Shown here: in pieces, positions 1-12,916 of the stretch
Numbering within the stretch: position 1 is the stretch's first letter
Layout: every line of letters starts with the position of its first letter
Assembly (NCBI GenBank): GCA_038087875.1
Contig: JAXLNO010000246.1
Location: 62,001-126,000, forward strand
Length of the DNA stretch: 64,000 nucleotides
Source: Malacoraja senta
Lineage: Eukaryota
Direction: 5' to 3'
The notes under the pieces: model-generated
Databases searched by the model: none
What the model was told of the DNA's origin: nothing
Seen by the model: only the letters and a program-made list of their open reading frames with translations
Made by a program: the position numbers and the translations under genes

Positions 1-30
1 CAGTTCAGATATGCCATATACAGCTGTATA

Positions 31-200
31 GAAACATAGAAAATAGATGCAGGAGTAGGCCATTCGGCCCTTCGAGCCAGCACTACCATTCAAGATGATC
101 ATGGCTGATCATCCAAAATCAGTTACCCGTTCCGGCTTTTCCCCAAATCCCTTGATTCCCTCAGCCGTAAGAGCTAAATCTAATTCTCTCTTAAACTACA
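31..200 (-). mobile_element. CR1 LINE 3' end fragment
   Basis: Reverse complement of the CR1 3'UTR seen at 29940-30070 (…GGCTCGAAGGGCCGAATGGCCTACTCCTGCA… plus TTCTATG tail). Confidence 0.85.
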
Positions 201-266
201 ACCAGTTAAAGCCCTGCAGATGGAGCGAGGAGGAAGATACAGAATGTCGAATATATTTAATTACAG

Positions 267-328
267 AAGATCATGCTGAATATTGTTGGTTATTTCCATC
301 AACCCCTGAATTGTCCGTGTATTTGTGA
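267..328 (+). pseudogene. Putative terminal cytoplasmic exon of Ig-receptor cassette (EDHAEYCWLFPSTPELSVYL*)
   Basis: ttacag acceptor, phase-1 open frame, stop position shared with paralogues, AATAAA at 334-339. Confidence 0.5.
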
Positions 329-1012
329 GAATGAATAAAATTTACTCAAGCCACTTTGCATCAATCCGTTCTCCGTAGAACTGGACAAGTGCAGTTGGAT
401 AATTGAGTTTTGTTAAATCACAAAGCAACACATTTTTTGCAAAAATATTATTTAAGTTTGCAGAAGGTCTCGTCTGGAGCAGTGGATGATGCAATGAGTC
501 ATCGCCCTGGGATCGCAATGTTGTAAACAATTAAGAGGAGAGGCGTTCAAACATCAGCTTCATATTTAAGTTTATTGTTGCATGTCCCGAGCTAAAGTAA
601 AAAGCTTTGTTTTGCGTGCAATCCAGACACAGTAGATATACCATATATATACAGTAATAGTTACAACTCGAGCAGGGGGTATACGGATTTACACAGAGAA
701 TGAGTTGACATATGAGGTAGTTGCGTCATATATTAGGGCATCTTTCAAAGACAGCTGGACTGCTGCATGGATAGGAATGATTTAGAGTGATGTGGGCGAG
801 ATGCGGGAAGGGGTGACTAGTGTAGATGGGCACATTGGTCGGCATGTGCAAGCAGGGTAGAAAATCCCATTACCATGTTGTAGGATTCGATAATTCTATG
901 AAAATAGATAGAGCAACGTGGAAGATGCAAAATATAGTCGGCAGCATTGGTGTGTATTTTCCTGCATCAGTTACTTAGACAATTTTAAATATCCGCAATG
1001 CGGTAGAAGCGA

Positions 1013-1462
1013 ATTGAGCAGTACCCTAGTCTACGGGCATGCATACTCTGGAATTTAGAAGCGTGAAAGGGCATCTTATTGAAACATATAAGACGATTAA
1101 GGGTTTGGACACGAGAGAGGCAGGAAACGTGTTCCCGATGTTGGGGGACGTCTGAACCAGAGGCCATAGTTTAAGAATAAGTGGTAAGGAATTTAGATGG
1201 GAGATGAGGAAACATTTTTTTCACTCAGAGTATTGCGAGCCTGTGGAATTCTCTGCCTCAGAGGGCGGTGGAGGCCGGTTCTCTGGATACTTTCAAGTAA
1301 GAACTTAATAAGGCAATGAAAGATAGCGGAATCAGGGGATATGGGAAGAAGGCAGGAACGGGACACTGATTGTGGATGATCAGCCATGATCACATTGACT
1401 GGCGGTGCTGGCTCGAAGGGCCGAATGGATTACTCCTGCACCTATTGTCTATTGTCTATTGT
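1013..1462 (+). mobile_element. CR1 LINE 3' fragment, (CTATTGT)n tail
   Basis: Degenerate ORF2 C-terminus plus CR1 3'UTR; duplicated at 7352-7801. Confidence 0.85.
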
Positions 1463-1687
1463 ACCTTTTGATATAAATGTCGGCCAGTACTCGATGTAAA
1501 GGAGATATAGTAGCGGACTGAAAATTATTTATTGTAGGGTCCGGTGTTACTTTGGATGAGGTGTTACCTATCCTCACTGAGTGAGGATTGTTGGTGCTAA
1601 AATCGAGCAGTCAGCGGTAGAGGCGGAGAAGATACCTCGGTCCCGGCGTTTGGAGATAATAGCCACTCCATCCCCTATCACATACAG

Positions 1688-2176
1688 GTACACACTGCTG
1701 AACGCATCATTTACAGCGCGAGGCTGTTCCTATTTTCCACATTAAACAGGATCTGACGCAGGACTCATATTAATCCACAGCTGGTCACCTTAGCCGTCAT
1801 TACACCATTGTCTACAAACACACGTGCTCCAGCCCTATTTGAACGGAATGAGTTATCATCACTAATGTTTGGGCAACATGGTACTGGAGGTTCAGATATA
1901 TTTGCGAGCATAAATTGCTTCTCATCTCAATTCACTCCTTGGTAAACACCTACTTTGAAACTTGTATCCTCACGTCATCACCCATCTAGCGATTGTGTAA
2001 TGCTTTCAATATCTATCCTGTCAGCCCTCGCAGAATCCGACATTTACAGTGTTAATATATTCACTTGTCGTTCTTCCAAACTGCACAGCGTAGATGATCT
2101 GATCAATTGTTGCTCCTTTGGCAGTTCCGTCATCCGTGGGATAAACCTCAACTTCAGATTCTGCATCGTATTGTAG
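1688..2176 (+). pseudogene. Decayed Ig VJ-like exon (cassette module 1)
   Basis: catacag|GT ACA CAC acceptor, AG|GT donor; homologous to 45647-46122 and 49741-50226; contains stops and frameshifts. Confidence 0.5.
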
Positions 2177-2998
2177 GTACCGCCTTACTTGAAAGATATA
2201 TAGTGTCAGGGCATAATGTTCTGCTGATTAAGTGCTAGTAAATAGGAATTAGTAAATGGATAGCACAGGTGTAGATAGGTGTTTGGCCTGTGTCTCTACT
2301 GTGTGACTAAATGACTCACGGACCAGTGTATACACGTTTCTCCATTTGTAGTATCACCGTCAGTCGTTAGAGCAGGACTTCGCTACACTATCCTTGTATG
2401 GGCCGAGCTCTTGGTAGGGATGAGGACTTTATTCATTGGAGCACAGGAAGCTGAATGTTGCTTATAAAGGTATATACGGGGAATAGATCGAGAGAATGCA
2501 CAGTCTTTTCTACAGAATGGGGAATCAAAAAACAGAGATCATGGGTATATGGTGAGAGGAGCAAGATTTACAAGGAACCTGACGGGAAGACTCTACACTC
2601 AGACAGCGATACATGTACGGAACGAGCTATCAGATGCGGTCGTTGAGATAGGTTGAGTCGATGCTGGCATTTCTAGTCACTACGTTTGGAAATCTAGCTG
2701 CCATCTGGACAGTAGCAAGAGGTAAATAGGTGACCATCTTTCGTTATTTGTGTTGAGCAATAAATGTTCGGCAGCAACTGATTCTGCAGCAATGTTCAGG
2801 TGCCCTGATGCGCCAGTTTGCACTCTAATGCGGAGTGCGGCATTCTTGTATTTGGTGAAACGACACCATATCGTGCAGTTACTTCCACAGCATCGGGGAT
2901 TTGATCAGGTCATCCATTTATAACATTAGATGTCCCTTCTCTCTCCACGATGTCTTCAGATCATCTGATAATTTCCTCTTTTCCTCTTGTATGTGTAG

Positions 2999-3126
2999 AT
3001 GCCCGACAATTACTGCGGACTACAATACAGCAGCAGCGTTTTACTGTGTTACTCCTCCTGCCCCAGTCTTCACTTTCTCTTCGCATTTGTCCAACTGTTT
3101 GTTTGTGCTTAACGACCATTCATCAG
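2999..3126 (+). pseudogene. Decayed TM-like exon (cassette module 2)
   Basis: Strong polypyrimidine tract plus gtag acceptor; hydrophobic reads RFTVLLLLP / FLFAFVQLFVC. Confidence 0.5.
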
Positions 3127-3479
3127 GTCTCTTGAATATCAATGTCATCTATGAATCTGAATCGCCATCACAGTACGATCATTCCGGCTCTGTTCATACC
3201 TTCTGAACCTTCTGAATTTGTAGTCGGCAGGGCAGTACTCTGCATATCGCCCACTTGATATTTGGTATTTGGTACATATTTGGTTCTTACCTCTGATCAT
3301 TGGGTTTGGTTAGGTTAGGCTAGGAATGTTACTGTCACAAGTACGGAGACACAGTGAAAAGCTGTGTTGCCTCCTATCCACTCAGATCAGACATACAAAA
3401 CATAGATACAATCAGTTGAAACGAAGTCATTAGATCGAGCAACAGGAATAATAAAGGCAGTATATAGTTCATGATACAG

Positions 3480-3550
3480 AATATCATCCTGAATATGATT
3501 CTTTGTTTAAATCAAACTTTAAATTGTCCGTATATTTTAATAATGAATAA
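3480..3550 (+). pseudogene. Terminal Tyr-motif exon (EYHPEYDSLFKSNFKLSVYF..)
   Basis: atacag acceptor, phase 1, homologous to 267-328. Confidence 0.45.
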
Positions 3551-5644
3551 CATTTGCTTAAGCTGCATCGCCTAATTCCGCTCTTCGTGGAACTCGATTT
3601 GTGCAATCGGAGAATTCACGCTCTGCAAAAACACAAATAAAAAATGTGTACTGTTGTCGGAAACGTTGAGAATCAAAAGGAAGATGAGTAAGTTGTAGTT
3701 TGTGTAACCTTGCAGCTCACATACTGGGGAGCATGATTGGAGCGTTGCTAAGATAGAATGTAGTTAAATTAGCTAAATTTGAAACATTCTGATGAGAAAC
3801 AGGCTTCCTTATCAGTAGGGGGGGATAGTCTTTTGTAGTCCTGTCCACAGTAGGTTCATATCTGTTGCAATCTTGGATTACAGCTACCTTTGGTTACTCT
3901 GTTTAGCAGGCACGTCTCCAAAAGGTTCACAAACGATCTCCTTTACGAGGGGACTCCATTTGTCGAGAGGAATCTGGACATTTATGATATATACATGTTA
4001 GATACATGGGAAGAAAATTTCTAAACAACAAGAAACCCAAGATTAAAGTTAACTTTGGGGAAACGCAAAGATGAAAGGTTACAGAGACATTGATTAATGA
4101 TGTTGTATTTCAACTCCACAAGTAACCATTGTGTCATGAGGGTAGAAGAATCCTACAGTTACCGTGGGAGTTTGAAGCAGGTTGAGCTTCCTCACACTGT
4201 TTCGCGATGTACATCGCCGAGGCCTGTATTAAATCGACTTGTTCGGTTGCCTCACCACTGATCTATGAGCTGTTTTATTTGTTGTCTGTGCCTATCTGAG
4301 TAAAGTTAGATATAGGGTACGGGTAAAGCACAAAATCCCCTCCTACATGTACAACACATGTTATTAAACTGTACCGACGTGCGCAGGTGGAGCGAAGGAT
4401 GTTGTAGTCCGTCGATAAACCATGAGACATCCCGCTGGATTTGTGGTGTTGTACACAATTACGATGTGAGACGCATGGAGTTTTAGCTTTTGTGTTATGT
4501 TCATTATTGTCACATGTACCGAAGAACATTAAACCATTTGTTGTTCATGCTATTCAGACTGGTCAGATGTACCATAAATAGATGCAATCAGTTCAGAGGC
4601 GAGGACAGAGGGTGCTGTCTCTATGTATTCATACAGGGGTGGTGGGAATATAGATTTGCACAGACGGTGGTGGGTACATAGAATAAGCTGCCAAAGGTCG
4701 TCGCTAAGGCAGAAGCTATGACAATATTTAAAACACATTGGACAGGTACATGGATAGAAAGGTTTAGAGTGATTTTTGCCAAACACTGTAAGGATGCTAG
4801 CGTAGATGGGGCACATTAGTCGGCATGGGCGAGCTGGGTTGAAGGAGCTGTTCCCTTACTGTGTGACTCCATGACAATAGGTAGATATACAGAGTACAGA
4901 ATGAGGTTCTCAGATTTGTAGCTTCTCGTGGACCATCGTTTTTATAAACAAAGTCCAATGTGTACAATGGGGCAATACGAATCGAACAGTATCCTCGCAT
5001 ATGGAGGGCATCGGGCAAAAGCCAGATAACGATGTAAAATAAGCCATTCCGCTGTGATGTGCGCTTTCAACCTTCTGTACCTTCTGGCAGATAAGAGAAC
5101 AGGCAAGAAGAACTGACCCGATTTAGACATCTTTGATGATGTTGGGTAATTTTTCCCCGAAGAAGCGTGAATTGTAGATGGAGACAATGGTGTGACGTCT
5201 GGTCTGCATGATGGATTGGGCTACATTTACAACTCTCCCCAAATCCTCCCGGTCTTGTCAGATCTGTACCCAAACCAAAATGTAATCCAACCCGACAATA
5301 TGATTTCTATGCTCCATCTCTAGAAGTTTTATAAGTATCACTGTAGACATGCCAATTGTCCCAGTCTCTTGATGAAGTACAGATGATGGTGTACCTTCGT
5401 GGGTTACGCATCAATGTGATTACTACAAGACATATCGTTGGTGAATTAACATATGGAACTTGAGCTCTCAACCATTCCGTGCCATTGATGCAGATTGGGA
5501 CAAATACTCTACATTGCTTCCTGAGGTCAAAAACTATCTGCTTCGGCTTGCTGAAAGAGGGGTAATTGTCACGACAACATGTCAATAAGATCACTATGTC
5601 CTTCTTGTACTCCGCTCCGCCATTGCCCGTCATTCGACCATTCA

Positions 5645-6020
5645 GTAGAGCTACTACTCGTGGAAGCGAACGGGTAAGATCATCTCTGACCCCTCATACC
5701 CTGGCCACTATCTCTTTGAATCACTTCCGTCTGGAAGGAGACTCCGGACTGTCAAAGCTGTCACAGCCAGACATAAAAACAGCTTTTTCCACGAGTAGTA
5801 GCTCTACTCAATAACCAAAAATCTGTAGCCTCCTTTTGCTCTGCTATTTTATTTAATTCACATTGTTAAACTATAATGTTTTATTATTAATGTTCAATGC
5901 TGTATGTGTCATTCCTAACTGTCACTGCATGTTGTTGTCACATGCGGGCGGAGCACCAAGGCAAATACCTTGTATGTGAATACTTGGCCAATAAACGTAT
6001 TCATTCATTCTTTCATTCAC
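5645..6020 (+). mobile_element. Rex1/Babar-type LINE 3' fragment, (TTCA)n tail, present only in copy A
   Basis: Matches 21930-22300; absent at the paralogous site near 19740. Confidence 0.8.
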
Positions 6021-6249
6021 AATGATATTTTCTGCAAATTCATAGCTAAGGCTTAATATGGCCGTACGGTCGCGGGTGTAAAGGTGGTGTAGTAGCGAAC
6101 TGAGAACGGATCCTTGCGATGCTCCAGTCGTCGAAGTTATTGTTGAGGAGTGTCACTTATCCTTATTGATTGTGGGCTGTGGGAGTCTAAAATTGAGCAT
6201 GCGGTGGTAAAGCGGGGAGGTGATCCCTCGTTCCAGGAGTTTGGAATAT

Positions 6250-6352
6250 ATCATCTTCCAACCTGCACAGAGTGTAGGTTCTCCTCAATTGTTGTTCCTT
6301 TGACAGCCTCTTCTACCGCAGATAAATATTTACTCCATCTCTGCACCGAAAG
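6250..6352 (+). pseudogene. 3' fragment of Ig VJ-like exon
   Basis: Aligns to 2070-2176; duplicated at 19970-20075. Confidence 0.4.
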
Positions 6353-6924
6353 TAAATGGTTGCGCCGGAAAATATGACAAACGTTCAAAGACAATTAGAC
6401 TGCCTCATCAATCCTTTCTCCGTAGATCTGGACAAGTGCAGTTGGATAATTTGAGTTTTGTAAATTCACAAAGCAACAAATGTTTGCAAAATATGATTTA
6501 AGTTTGCAGAAGGTCTCGTCTGGAGCAGTGGATGATACAATGAGACATCCCGCTGGAATCGCGATGTTGTAAACAATTAAGAGGAGAGGCGTTCAAATAT
6601 CAGCTTCAGTTTTAAGTTTATTGTTGCATGTCCCGAGCTAAAGTAAAAAGCTTTGTTTTATGTGCAATCCAGACACAATAGATATACCATATATATACAG
6701 TATTAGTTAAAACTCGAGCAGTGGGTATACGGATTTAAACAGAGAATGAGTTGACATATGAGGTAGTTGCGGCATATATTAGGGCATCTTTCAAAGACAG
6801 CTGGACTGCTGCATGGATAGGAATGATTTAGAGTGATGTGGGCGAGATGCGGGAAGGGGTGACGAGTGTAGATGGGGCACATTGGTCGGCATGTGCCAGC
6901 TGGGTAGAAAGTCCCATTACCATG

Positions 6925-7263
6925 ATTTTCCCTGTTGGACAAACAGGAATTATTCGTTGGAACATGGTCTCCCTTTATTGATTATTTAAAGGGTCAGAAT
7001 GGTTCAGCACAGGAACCTGTCTAATGCTCGGGCTAAAGAATGGATGAAATGCTATACTCTGAAATGTACGAATATATCTCGAATGAAGTTTTTTATTTTA
7101 ATAAATTTTTCCATTCTTCTTTTACCATCTTTTTTTTTTTGTTTTTTTTTGTTTTTTTTGTTTTTGTTTTTGTTTTTTTGTTTTCTCTTTTCTCTTTTTC
7201 TTCTCACTCTTTTCTTTCTTTGCTTCATCTATCTTTTTAGTTCTATCTAGTTTAAAAAAAAAA
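6925..7263 (+). mobile_element. Poly(A)-ended retroposed fragment, probably an L1-type 3'UTR, present only in copy B
   Basis: T-rich tract then A-run; replaces about 47 bp present in copy A (~877-923). Confidence 0.55.
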
Positions 7264-7351
7264 TGCAGAATATAGTTGGCAGCATTGGTGTGTATTTTCC
7301 TGCATCAGTTACTTGGACAATTTTAAATATCCGCAATGCTGTAGAAGCGAA

Positions 7352-7801
7352 TTGAGCAGTACCCTAGTCTACGGGCTTGCAAACTCTGGAATTTAGAAGG
7401 GTGAGAGGGCATCTTATTGAAATATATAAGACGATTAAGGGTTTGGACACGCGAGAGGCAGGAAACATGTTCCCGATGTTGGGGGAGGCCTGAACCAGGG
7501 GCCATAGTTTAAGAATAAGGGGTAAGGCATTTAGATGGGAGATGAGGAAACATTTTTTTCACTCAGAGTATTGCGAGTCTGTGGAATTCTCTGCCTCAGA
7601 GGGCGTTGGAGGCCGGTTCTCTCGATACTTTCAAATAAGAACTTAATAAGGCAATGAAAGATAGCGGAATCAGGGGATATGGGGAGAAGGCAGGAACGGG
7701 ACACTGATTGTGGATGATCAGCCATGATCGCATTGACTGGCGGTGCTGGCTCGAAGGGCCGAATGGATTACTCCTGTACCTATTGTCTATTGTCTATTGT
7801 A
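7352..7801 (+). mobile_element. CR1 LINE 3' fragment (duplicate of 1013-1462)
   Basis: Near identity to the copy A fragment. Confidence 0.85.
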
Positions 7802-8024
7802 CCATTGATACAAATTTCGGCCAGTACTCGATGTAAAGGAGATATAGTAGCGGACAGAGAATGATTTATTGTAGGGTCCGGTGTTACTTTGGATGAGGTG
7901 TCACCTATCCTCACTGACTGAGGATTGTTGGTGCTAAAATCAAGCATTCAGCGGTGGAGGCGGAGAAGATACCTCGGTCCCGGCGTTTGGAGATAATAGC
8001 CACTCCATCCCCTATCACATACAG

Positions 8025-11000
8025 GTACACACTGCTGAACGCATCATTTACAGCGAGAGGCTGTTCCTATTTTCCATATTAAACAGGATCTGACGTAGGA
8101 CTCATATTAATCCACAGCTGGTCACCTTAGCCGTCATTACACCATTGTCTACAAACACACGTGCTCCAGCCCTATATGAACGGAATGAGTTATCATCACT
8201 AATGTTTGGGCAACATGGTAACCATATAACCATATAACCATATAACCATAACAGCACGGAAACAGGCCATCTCGGCCCTTCAAGTCCGTGCCGAACATTA
8301 AAAAAAAAAAAAATTTAATTAAAAATAAATACTCCCCCCTAGTCCCATCTACCTGCACTCAGACCACAACCCTCCTTTCCTTTCCCGTCCATATACCCAA
8401 TCCAATCTATTTTTAAAGGATAACATCGAACCTGCCTCCACCACTTCCACTGGAAGCTCATTCCACACAGCTACCACTCTCTGAGTAAAGAAGTTCCCCG
8501 TAATGTTCCCCCTAAACTTCTGTCCCTTAATTCTGAAGTCATGTCCACTTGTTTGAATCTTCCCTACTCTCAATGGGAAAAGCTTATCTACGTCCACTCT
8601 GTCTAACCCGCTCATAATTTTAAAGTCCTCTATCAAGTCCCCTCTTAACCTTCTGCGCTCCAAAGTATAAAGACCTAACTTGTTCAACCTTTCTCTGTAA
8701 CTTAGTTGCTGAAACCCAGGCAACATTCTAGTAAATCTCCTCTGTACTCTCTCTATTTTGTTGACATCCTTCCTATAATTAGGCGACCAAAATTGTACTC
8801 CATACTCCAGAATTGGCCTCACCAATGCCTTGTACAATTTTAACATTACATCCCAACTTCTATATTCAATGCTCTGATTTATAAAGGCCAGCACACCAAA
8901 AGCTTTCTTTACCACTCTATCTACATGAGATTCCACCTTCAGGGAACTATGCACAGTTATTCCTAGATCCCTCTGTTCAACTGCATTCCTCAATTCGCTA
9001 CCATTTACCGTGTACGTCCTATTTTAATTTGTCCTGCCGAGATGTAGCACCTCACATTTGTCAGCATTAAACTCCATCTGCCATCTTTCAGCCCACTCTG
9101 CCAAATGGCCTAAATCTCTCTATAGACTTTGAATATCTACTTCATTATCCACAACACCACCTATCTTAGTATCATCTGCATACTTACTAATCCAATTTTC
9201 CACACCATCATCCAGATCATTGATGTACATGACAAACAACAGTGGACCCAACACAGACCCCTGAGGCACCCTACTAGTCACCGGCCTCCAACCTGACAAA
9301 CAGCCGTCCACCATTACTCTCTGGCATCTCCCATTCAGCCACTGTTGATTCCATCTTGCTACTCCACCATTAATACCCAACAATTGAATCTTCTTAACCA
9401 ACCTTCCATGAGGAACCTTGTCAAAGGCCTTACTGAAGTCCATATAGACAACATCCACTGCTTTACCCTCATCAATTTCCCTAGTAACCTCTTCGAAAAA
9501 TTCAAGAAGATTAGTCAAGCATGACCTTCCAGGCACAAATCCATGTTGACTGTTCCTAATCAGACCATGCTTATCCAGATGCTTATATATATTATCTTTA
9601 AGTATGCTTTCCATTAATTTGCCCACCACTGACGTCAAACTAACAGGTCTATAATTGCTAGGTTTACTCTTCGAACCCTTTTTAAACAACGGAACAACAT
9701 GCGCAGTACGCCAATCCTCCGGCACTATTCCCGTTTCTAAATATGAAATATTTCTGTCATAGCCCCTGCTATTTCTACACTAACTTCCCTCAATGTCCTA
9801 GGGAATATCCTGTCAGGACCTAGAGACTTATCCGTTTTCATATTTTTCAAAAGTGTCCGCACCTCCTTTTCTTTGAATCTCACAGTTTCCATTGCTACTC
9901 TGCTTGTTTCCCTTACCTCACATAATTCCATATCCTTCTCCTTCGTGAATACCGAAGAAAAGAAATTGTTCAATATCTCCCCCATCTCTTTTGGCTCTGC
10001 AGATAGCTGTCCACTCTGACTCTCTAATGGACCAATTTTATTCCTTGTTATCCTTTTGCTATTAATATAGCTGTAGAAACCCTTTGGATTTACTTTCACC
10101 TTACTTGCCAAAGCAACCTCATATCTTCTTTTAGCTTTTCTAATTTCTTTCTTAATATTCTTTTTACATTCTTTATACTCCTCAAGCACCTCATTTACTG
10201 CATGCTGCCTATAATTATTGTAGATCTCTCTCTTTTTCCGAACCAAGTGTCCAATTTCCCTTGAAAACCATGGCTCTTTCCATTTTTTACTATTTCCTTT
10301 CAACCGAACAGGGACATAAAGATTCTGTACTCTTAAAAATTCACCCTTAAATGTCCTCCATTTTTCTTCTACATCCTTCCCATAAAACAACATGTCCCAA
10401 TTCACTCCTTTTAAACCCTTTCGCATCTCCTCAAAGTTAGCCTTTCTCCAAACAAAAATCTCAACCCTAGGTCCAGTTCTGACCCTCTCCATAATTATAT
10501 TGAAACTAATGGTATTGTGATCAATGGACCCGAAGTCGTCCCCGACGCATTCCTCCGCCACCTGCCCTGTCTCATTTCCTAACAGGAGGTCCAGCAGTGC
10601 CCCTTCTCTAGTGGGTACCTCTATGTATTGCTGCAAAAAACTATCTTGCACACATTTTACAAACTCCAAACCATCCAGCCCTTTTACAGAATGTGTTTCC
10701 CAGTCTATGTGTGGAAAATTGAAATCTCCCACAATCACTACCTTGTGCTTACTACTAATATCTGCTATCTCCTTACATATTTGCTCTTCCAATTCTCGCT
10801 CCCCATTTGGCGGTCTATAATACACCCCTATAAGTGTTGCTACACCTTTCCCATTTCTCAGTTCCACCCAAATAGCCTCCCTAGACGAGCCCTCTAATCT
10901 ATCCTGCCAAAGCCCTACTGTAATATCTTCCTTGACAAGCAATGCAACACCCCCACCTCTTGCCCCTCCAATTCTATCACCCCTGAAGCAACGAAATCCT

Positions 11001-11966
11001 GGAATATTTATTTGCCAATCACAGCCCTCCTGCAACCATGTTTCACTGATCGCCACAACATCATACTTCCAGGTGTCAATCCAGGCTTTACGCTCATCCA
11101 CCTTTCTTACAATGCTCCTAGCATTAAAATATACACATTTAAGAAACGCACCACCACTTATTCTCTGTTTATTATCTTTTTCTTCTTTCTCCCCTACATT
11201 TTGGGTCCGAGTGCTTCCCTTCTCTGCCTCCTGCCTCCCACATTTTCCACTGGCTTTCTCTATTTGAGTCCCTCCCCCCAACCGTTCTAGTTTAAAGTCT
11301 CCCCAGTAGCCTTTGCAAATCTCCCCGCCAGGATATTGGTCCCCCTCGGGTTCAAGTGCAACCGGTCCTTTCTGTACAGGTCACACCTTCCCCAAAAGAG
11401 GTCCCAATGATCCAGAAATTTGAATCCCTGCCCGCTGCACCAGTTCCTCAGCCATGCATTTATCCTCCACCTCACTCCATTCCTACTCTCACCGTCGCGT
11501 GGCACAGGTAGTAATCCTGAGATTTTTACCTTTGTAGTCCTTCTCCTTAACTCTCCTCCCAACTCCCTACATTCTCCTTTCAAGACCTCTTCTCTTTTTC
11601 TACCTATGTCATTGGTACCTATATGTACCACAACCTCAGGCTCCTCTCCCTCCGATTTCAGGATATCTTGGTACTGGAGGTTCAGATATATTTGCGAGCA
11701 TAAATTGCTTCTCATCTCAATTCACTCCATGGTAAACACCTACTCTGAAACTTGTATCCTAACGTCATCACCCATCTAGCGATTGTGTAATGCTTTCAAT
11801 ACCTATTCTGTCAGCCCTCGCAGAATCCGACATTTACAGTGTTAATATATTCACTTGTCGTTCTTCCAAACTCCACAGCGTAGATGATCTGATCAATTGT
11901 TGCTCCTTTGGCAGTTCCTTCATCCGTGGGATAAACCTCAACTTCAGATTCTGCATCGTATTGTAG
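8025..11966 (+). pseudogene. Ig VJ-like exon split by CR1 insertion (8025-8220 + 11674-11966)
   Basis: The two halves rejoin into a near-identical copy of 1688-2176. Confidence 0.5.
8221..11668 (-). mobile_element. Near full-length CR1 LINE (partial ORF1 SGNH esterase + disrupted APE-RT ORF2)
   Basis: HIGTND and DRLHLN esterase motifs; YFNARS, GDFN, QGSVLGP, YADD; (TATGGTTA)n tail; TGGTA flanks both ends (8216-8220, 11669-11673). Confidence 0.95.
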
Positions 11967-12788
11967 GTACCGCCTTACTTGAAAGATATAGTGTCAGGGC
12001 ATAATGTTCTGCTGATCAAGTGCTAGTAAATGGGAATTAGTAAATAGATAGCATAGATGTAGATAGGTGTTTGGTCTGTTTCTCTACTGTGTGACTAAAT
12101 GACTCACGGACCAGTGTATACACGTTTCTCCATTTGTAGTATCACCGTCAGTCGTTAGAGCAGGACTTCGCTACACTATCCTTGTATGGGCCGAGCTCTT
12201 GGTAGGGATGAGGACTTTATTCATTGGAGCACAGGAAGCTGAATGTTGCTTATAAAGGTATATACGCGGAATAGATCGAGAGAATGCACAGTCTTTTCTA
12301 CTGAATGGGGAATCAAAAACTAGAGATCATGGGTATATGGTAAGCGGAGCAAGATTTACAAGGAACCTGACGGGAAGACTCTACACTCAGACAGCGATAC
12401 ATGTACGGAACGAGCTATCAGATGCGGTCGTTGAGATATGTTTGAGTCGAAGCTGGCATTTCAAGTCACTACGTTTGGAAATCTAGCTGCCATGTCGACA
12501 GTAGCAAGAGGTAAATAGGTGACCATCTTTCGTTATTTGTGTTGAGCAATAAATGTTCGGCAGCACCTGATTCTGCATCAATGTTCAGGTGCCCTGATGC
12601 GCCAGTTTGCACTCTAATGCGGAGTGCGGCATTCTTGTATTTTGTGAAACGCCACCATATCGTGCATTTACTTCACAAGAATCGGGGATTTGATCAGGTC
12701 ATCCATTTATAACATTAGGTGTCCCTCCTCTCTCCACGATGTCTTCAGAGTCATCTGAGTATTTCCTGTTTTCCTCTTGTATGTGTAG

Positions 12789-12916
12789 ATGTCCGACAAT
12801 TACTGCGGACTACAATACAGCAGCAGCGTTTTACTGTGTTACTCCTCCTGCCCCAGTCTTCACTTTCTCTTCGCATTTGTTCAACAGTTTGTTTGTGCTT
12901 AACAACCATTCATCAG
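12789..12916 (+). pseudogene. TM-like exon (duplicate of 2999-3126)
   Basis: Same acceptor and near-identical sequence. Confidence 0.5.

Larger units (their letters stand above)
359..6408. repeat. Tandem segmental duplication, copy A
   Basis: Colinear and highly similar to 6406-20129 once insertions are removed. Confidence 0.95.

Noticed and set aside
1688..2176. Rearranging Ig/TCR V segment or germline-joined Ig light chain
   Set aside because: No heptamer/nonamer noticed after the F-strand Cys, no WYQQ or FGxG motif, and no convincing constant exon.
3789..3805. CTGATGAGAAAC hammerhead-like core
   Set aside because: No stem II between the boxes, and the motif is altered in the duplicate near 13590.
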